A stretch of DNA of 63,697 bases, counting the filler, from Fonticula-like sp. SCN 57-25 (taxonomy: Eukaryota): the NCBI GenBank assembly GCA_001724245.1. It is 5 parts of 5 records of this genome, joined end to end, with 100 filler letters (N's around TTAATTAATTAA, not from the genome) between each part and the next. Parts side by side here need not be neighbours in the genome. Positions count along the whole stretch, not along the records: positions 52,240 to 63,697 come from MEDX01000690.1; 4 more parts are not named here. One strand, given 5' to 3'. The notes beneath the pieces were generated by a model. It searched no databases. It saw nothing but the letters and a program-made list of their open reading frames with translations, and was not told the DNA's origin. Shown here in pieces: positions 59,388 to 63,697 of this stretch. The first letter of the stretch is position 1. The number at the start of each line of letters is the position of its first letter. A program made the translations under genes and the position numbers.

Positions 59388-60839
59388 TTACGGGCGAGCA
59401 AGGCAAGAGAGGAAGCCTTCGTAGAAAGCGCCCTCATTCCACTCGTACTCGGCGACAAGCGGCGGCATCGCCAGACGGACCACCACAAGCTCCTGATCCG
59501 GGAAAATGTACACGCGCTGGTTACGGAAACCAAGAGCAATGAACAGCTTCGGATCAATGTTGGAGTTGCGCCAAAAATGAGCAGCGTATCCTTCATGGGT
59601 GTGCGTAGCGGTGCTCGAGTAGTCGACCCAGCCCTCCGGGAGAATCCGCTTACCGTCCACCCACACGCCGTCGCGCTGGAACAGAAGACCAAAGCGCGCC
59701 CAGTCGCGCGCCGTGGCGTAGCCGTACGCGCCGCCAAGGAAGTTGCCGTTCGGCTGGTACTCGATGTACATTGAGTGGGCGCCAATGGGGTAGAACAGGC
59801 GCTGCTTGGGCCACTCGTAGTTGGTCCACTGCGGGTCGCCGCGAGTCGACATCACCATGCGCGACAGCAAATACGACGAACCCGAGTTGTAATTCCAAAG
59901 CGTATCAGGCTCCGCTTCGAGGGGCTTGAGACCGCACACGCGGCCGCAGTTGTTGTTGCTAAAGAAGAGACACTCGGTCGTGGGAATAATGTCGCCAACC
60001 CACGTAGTGCCAGAGCTCATGCGAAGCATCATGTCTACCGTAATATTCTGGCGCGGGTCGTTCTCCTCTTCGTACCACTCGGGCACCGGCGCGGGCTCGT
60101 AAATGTCGAGCAGGCCGTCACCGACAACGAGACTGAGCAGCGCCTGCGTGATGCTCTTGGTCGCGCTCCAGCCAATCAGGCGGGTATCCTTGGTGATGCC
60201 AGGCGCATACTCTTCAAACACCAGCTGGCCCTTGTACACGACGGCAATCGCGCGCGCGTTCGGAATCTTTTGCGAAAACTGCACAGCCGAAACGTTGGCC
60301 AAGCAGTCGAGGTCGATGCCCACCGGCGCGTCCTCCGGGAAGAATCCCTCGCCGACCGGCCACGCAACAGTGGGGTCGAGCGGCTCGGGCGGCGTCATGT
60401 CACCAAGATCCTGCGCGCGGACCTCCTCCTCGGTCAGCTCCTCGACGAGCGTGCAGCCAATGCCGTCGCGGAAGATGGAAACGTACGACTGGTTGAGCGG
60501 GTTCTTGTACTTGCACCAAACCTCGACACGGCGGTTATCATAGTCAACTTCATACGTCACGAGGGCGCGCGGCATATACCCGACATCCTCATTCCATGCG
60601 GTCTCCTCCGAAAGCCCGCTTCCAAAGATTGTCGAGCACAACTCCTGCGCGGACCAGCCGCTGCACACCTTGACAAGGTTGTCATCAGGCTCAATGGCGC
60701 CTTCGTCGGCCTGCTTGAGCAAGCGGAAAAGGGGTTCCCACTCGGCGCGCTCCACTGCCTCGGCATCGTTAAATTGAGGCGCTGCCAGCGCGCAGGCCGC
60801 CAGGCCTAGCACCAGCAGGACCAGCCCTCCCCGCATCAT
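59388..60839 (-). CDS. Secreted beta-lactamase-fold serine hydrolase (AmpC/NylB-like), copy 1
   Basis: Signal peptide; WSATKS (SxxK), LRMSSG, WNYNSG, TARDWARFG.L. Confidence 0.9.
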   Translation of the reverse strand: MMRGGLVLLVLGLAACALAAPQFNDAEAVERAEWEPLFRLLKQADEGAIEPDDNLVKVCSGWSAQELCSTIFGSGLSEETAWNEDVGYMPRALVTYEVDYDNRRVEVWCKYKNPLNQSYVSIFRDGIGCTLVEELTEEEVRAQDLGDMTPPEPLDPTVAWPVGEGFFPEDAPVGIDLDCLANVSAVQFSQKIPNARAIAVVYKGQLVFEEYAPGITKDTRLIGWSATKSITQALLSLVVGDGLLDIYEPAPVPEWYEEENDPRQNITVDMMLRMSSGTTWVGDIIPTTECLFFSNNNCGRVCGLKPLEAEPDTLWNYNSGSSYLLSRMVMSTRGDPQWTNYEWPKQRLFYPIGAHSMYIEYQPNGNFLGGAYGYATARDWARFGLLFQRDGVWVDGKRILPEGWVDYSSTATHTHEGYAAHFWRNSNIDPKLFIALGFRNQRVYIFPDQELVVVRLAMPPLVAEYEWNEGAFYEGFLSCLARP

Positions 60840-61187
60840 GTTTGTTTGAGCGCGGATGGGATGCTCGCCTCTGATTGGTCAGATCACTTGAATACCATGA
60901 GACGGTCATGTGTGCATTCACGAATCACGCAGAATGCCCATTCCGGGCGTTCATACCACTCCATATGATACTGGTACAAGTGAATGGCTCCAAGCCGTAT
61001 GTATAGTGCACAAAGGCACCGGGTGATTGTTGACGCTGTACAAACGCAAAAATTGCCCCAAAATAAAGATGTAGAGGCTCATACTGGCATACACAAACTG
61101 GGTCGATGTATTGAAACCTGTCAACTAGAAATAAAATTCACTCTACAAATTACAAAAACTGGGGTCGAAAACACATGCGGCATTCAC

Positions 61188-62633
61188 TCAGCCGCTGAGG
61201 CAGCCGAGCATGCTCTCGAGGAACGGTTCCTCGCGCCAAACGGGGTGGCCGGCGAGCGGCGGCATAGAGAGGCGCACAACGACGAGGTCCTGGTTCGGGA
61301 ACACGTACACCTTTTGGTTGCGGAAACCAGACGCGTAAAAGAGACGATCATCGACGCTCGGCTTGCGCCAGAAATGAGCAGCGTATCCGTCATTGGTGTG
61401 CGTAGCGGTGCTCGAATAGTCGACCCAGCCCTCGGGGAGAATACGGTTGCCGTCAACCCAAACGCCGTCGCGCAGGAAAAGCAGACCAAAGCGAGCCCAG
61501 TCGCGCGCCTTGGCATAGCCATAAGCACCGCCAAGGTAGTTGCCGTTCGGCTGGTACTCGATGTACATCGAGTGGGCGCCGATGGGGTAGAACAGGCGCT
61601 GCTTGGGCCACTCGTAGTTGGTCCACTGAGGGTCGCCGCGGAAGGAATTGGTCATGCGCGAAAGAAGGTACGACGAGCCAGAGTTGTAGTTCCACAGTGT
61701 GTCGGGCTCGGCGACCAGCGGCTTGTTGCCGCACGCGCGGCCGCAGTTGTTGTTGCTGAAAAAGATGCACTCGGTGGTAGGAACAATGTCGCCAACCCAC
61801 TTGGTACCAGAGCTCATGCGCAGCATCATGTCAATTGTGATATTCTGACGCGGGTCGTTCTCTGTCTCATACCACTCGGGCACCGGCGCGGGTTGGTAAA
61901 TGTCGAGCAGACCGTCACCAACGACAAGACTGAGCAGCGCCTGCGTGATGCTCTTGGTCGCGCTCCAGCCGATCAAGCGGTTGTCCTTGGTAATACCCGG
62001 CGCGTACTCTTCAAACACAAGCTGGCCCTTGTAAACGACAAGGATAGCACGCGGGTTCGGGATCCTCTGCGTAAACTGCTCGGCGGAAACGTTGGCGACG
62101 CAGGCAAGGTCGATGCCGGCGGGCGCATCTTCCGGGAAGAATCCCTCGCCGACCGGCCACGGGACCGTCGGATCCAGCGGCTCCGGCGGGGTCATGTCAC
62201 CGAGATCCTGTGCGCGGATCTCTTCCTCGGTCAGCACCTCGACGAGCGTGCAGCCAATGCCGTCACGGAAGATGGAAACATACGACTGGTTGAGCGGGTT
62301 CTGGAAGGCGCACCAGACCTCAACGCGGCGGTTGTCATAGTCAATGTCGTACGTCACCAAGGCGCGAGGAAAATATCCAACGTCCTCCTCCCACGCGAGC
62401 TCCTCCGAGAGCCCGCTTCCAAAGACAGTCGAGCACAACTCCTGGGCGGTCCAGCCGCTGCACACCTTGAGAAGGTCATCGTCCGGCTCCAGCTTTCCTT
62501 CAGCGACAAGTTGCAGCTTCTCCACATAGCCGGCCCATTCCTCATACTCGGCCTCGTCCGACGTCGGAAAGCTCTGCTGCGCGAACGCCGCTGTCGCCAG
62601 CAGCAAAATCGCCGCCACCCCCGCAAACCGCAT
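61188..62633 (-). CDS. Secreted beta-lactamase-fold serine hydrolase, copy 2
   Basis: Same motifs; colinear tandem paralog. Confidence 0.9.
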   Translation of the reverse strand: MRFAGVAAILLLATAAFAQQSFPTSDEAEYEEWAGYVEKLQLVAEGKLEPDDDLLKVCSGWTAQELCSTVFGSGLSEELAWEEDVGYFPRALVTYDIDYDNRRVEVWCAFQNPLNQSYVSIFRDGIGCTLVEVLTEEEIRAQDLGDMTPPEPLDPTVPWPVGEGFFPEDAPAGIDLACVANVSAEQFTQRIPNPRAILVVYKGQLVFEEYAPGITKDNRLIGWSATKSITQALLSLVVGDGLLDIYQPAPVPEWYETENDPRQNITIDMMLRMSSGTKWVGDIVPTTECIFFSNNNCGRACGNKPLVAEPDTLWNYNSGSSYLLSRMTNSFRGDPQWTNYEWPKQRLFYPIGAHSMYIEYQPNGNYLGGAYGYAKARDWARFGLLFLRDGVWVDGNRILPEGWVDYSSTATHTNDGYAAHFWRKPSVDDRLFYASGFRNQKVYVFPNQDLVVVRLSMPPLAGHPVWREEPFLESMLGCLSG

Positions 62634-62759
62634 CTCCGCCGGGGCTCAAAACAAAGTGAACCAGAAGTGAACGCAAAAGATCTACAACTATGTACAATGA
62701 TGTGGCAGTGTTGTGATTCAAGCGATGCGATATCCATATGACAGTGTGCTATTTTGCAG

Positions 62760-63697
62760 CGAATATGAAAGGGAAATGTACAACAATGCATGCTAAAAAT
62801 GCAGACTAATATACCCACCCGTGGTCGTCCTTGGGCGCCTGCTCGTACGACTCCTCCTCTAGGAGCTGCTCCTGGAGCGGCGATGCCGGCAGGGGCGATC
62901 CCGGCATGGACCCCGGCATGGGCGATGTCTGAGGGGATCCGACGGGCGAGCCATACTCTGAGCCCGGCATTGGCGAGCCGACCGGACTGTTGTAAGAGTT
63001 GGAGCGCCGGCGAGCGCCGTTCGGCTCCACGACGAACCCAGGATAGAGCGCATTGGCATTGGACGGGATCTGGAGCCGCGGCGGAGGGACGTAGCCCTGC
63101 GACTCGGGCGCCGGCGACACAATGATGGCGGGTTGCGTCTGCTCGCCCATCGACGCGCGCCGCTGCTGGTCAAAGAGGTACACAAAGTCTTGCGGGTCGA
63201 ATGCGCGCGGAAAGCCCGCTGGCAGGAGAGCCTGCTGGCGCAGAATACCATCGACCAGCCGCCGCGTTACCTGCTGGTTGTCGTAAATCTGCCTCCGCAG
63301 TTCGGTGTTTTCGCGATATAGCCCGTCCACATTATCCCGCAGCTCTGTGCGGCGCGTCAGCAACCGTCGTAAATCTGCCTCCGCAGTTCGGTGTTTTCGC
63401 GATATAGCCCGTCCACATTATCCCGCAGCTCTGTGCGGCGCGTCAGCAACCGTTGTTACCCACTAAAGATGCTGCGTACCGTTGACCCGTCTTGTGAGGT
63501 CCGCCTGCAGGGCGTGCAGCGACGCTATTAATTCTGTATCGCCCTCGTGCTGGCGCTTCATGCTCAGTGACCCACCCAGCGATCCAACAATGGGGCCGCC
63601 CATGCCCGGGTACGCGCTGCCGTGCATGCTGCCCATGCCGACGTTGGCGCCCGGGCTGCTCGGGAGCGTAAGGCCGGCCACAGGGCTGCCCACCATC
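62760..63697 (-). CDS. C-terminal part of a coiled-coil protein, possibly an HSF-type transcription factor (start outside window, end approximate)
   Basis: Heptads ..LYRENTELRRQ..QQV.RRLV..IL resemble HSF HR-A/B; SP-rich tail. Confidence 0.45.
63282..63453. repeat. Perfect 86-bp tandem duplication
   Basis: 63282-63367 is identical to 63368-63453. Confidence 0.95.

Noticed and set aside
59388-62633. True antibiotic-resistance beta-lactamases
   Set aside because: YNS and ALG/ASG replace the YxN and KTG motifs, which fits amidase/esterase relatives
60984-62741. 585-aa plus-strand ORF
   Set aside because: Shadow of the serine hydrolase gene
1-63697. CRISPR arrays, rRNA and tRNA genes
   Set aside because: No repeat-spacer array or recognisable structural RNA seen by eye

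Overview
This window is five separate contigs joined by artificial N-TTAATTAATTAA-N linkers (1-9305, 9406-26680, 26781-39481, 39582-52139, 52240-63697). Four contigs come from a compact, GC-rich eukaryotic genome with many ~45-60 nt GT-AG introns (GTRCG donors, CTAAC/CTGAC branch sites). The host is probably a unicellular opisthokont (inference from MOCS1A/B linkage, CENP-H and promoter motifs). These contigs carry MOCS1A+B, ALG6, a DUF836 glutaredoxin, UBE2W, a pogo/Fot1 transposon, an MFS transporter, CENP-H, MED14, YccF, a methyltransferase, an Nse5/SIMC1-like gene, DBP8, a RUN protein, BolA, RPB3, p24, an EEP hydrolase, DBF4, eIF3c, an SLC13-TrkA-C permease and two tandem beta-lactamase-fold hydrolases. 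The most notable host gene is a predicted spliced SPX-RING-TM-family II pyrophosphatase fusion. Contig 3 is lower in GC, gene-dense and resembles a large DNA virus: AlkB, F-box/ankyrin paralogs, a GMC oxidoreductase, a RING protein, a RAMA gene with a host-type spliceosomal intron, and a four-copy LAGLIDADG-like domain family. No viral hallmark gene is visible in it. All calls come from motif recognition by eye; no searches were run.
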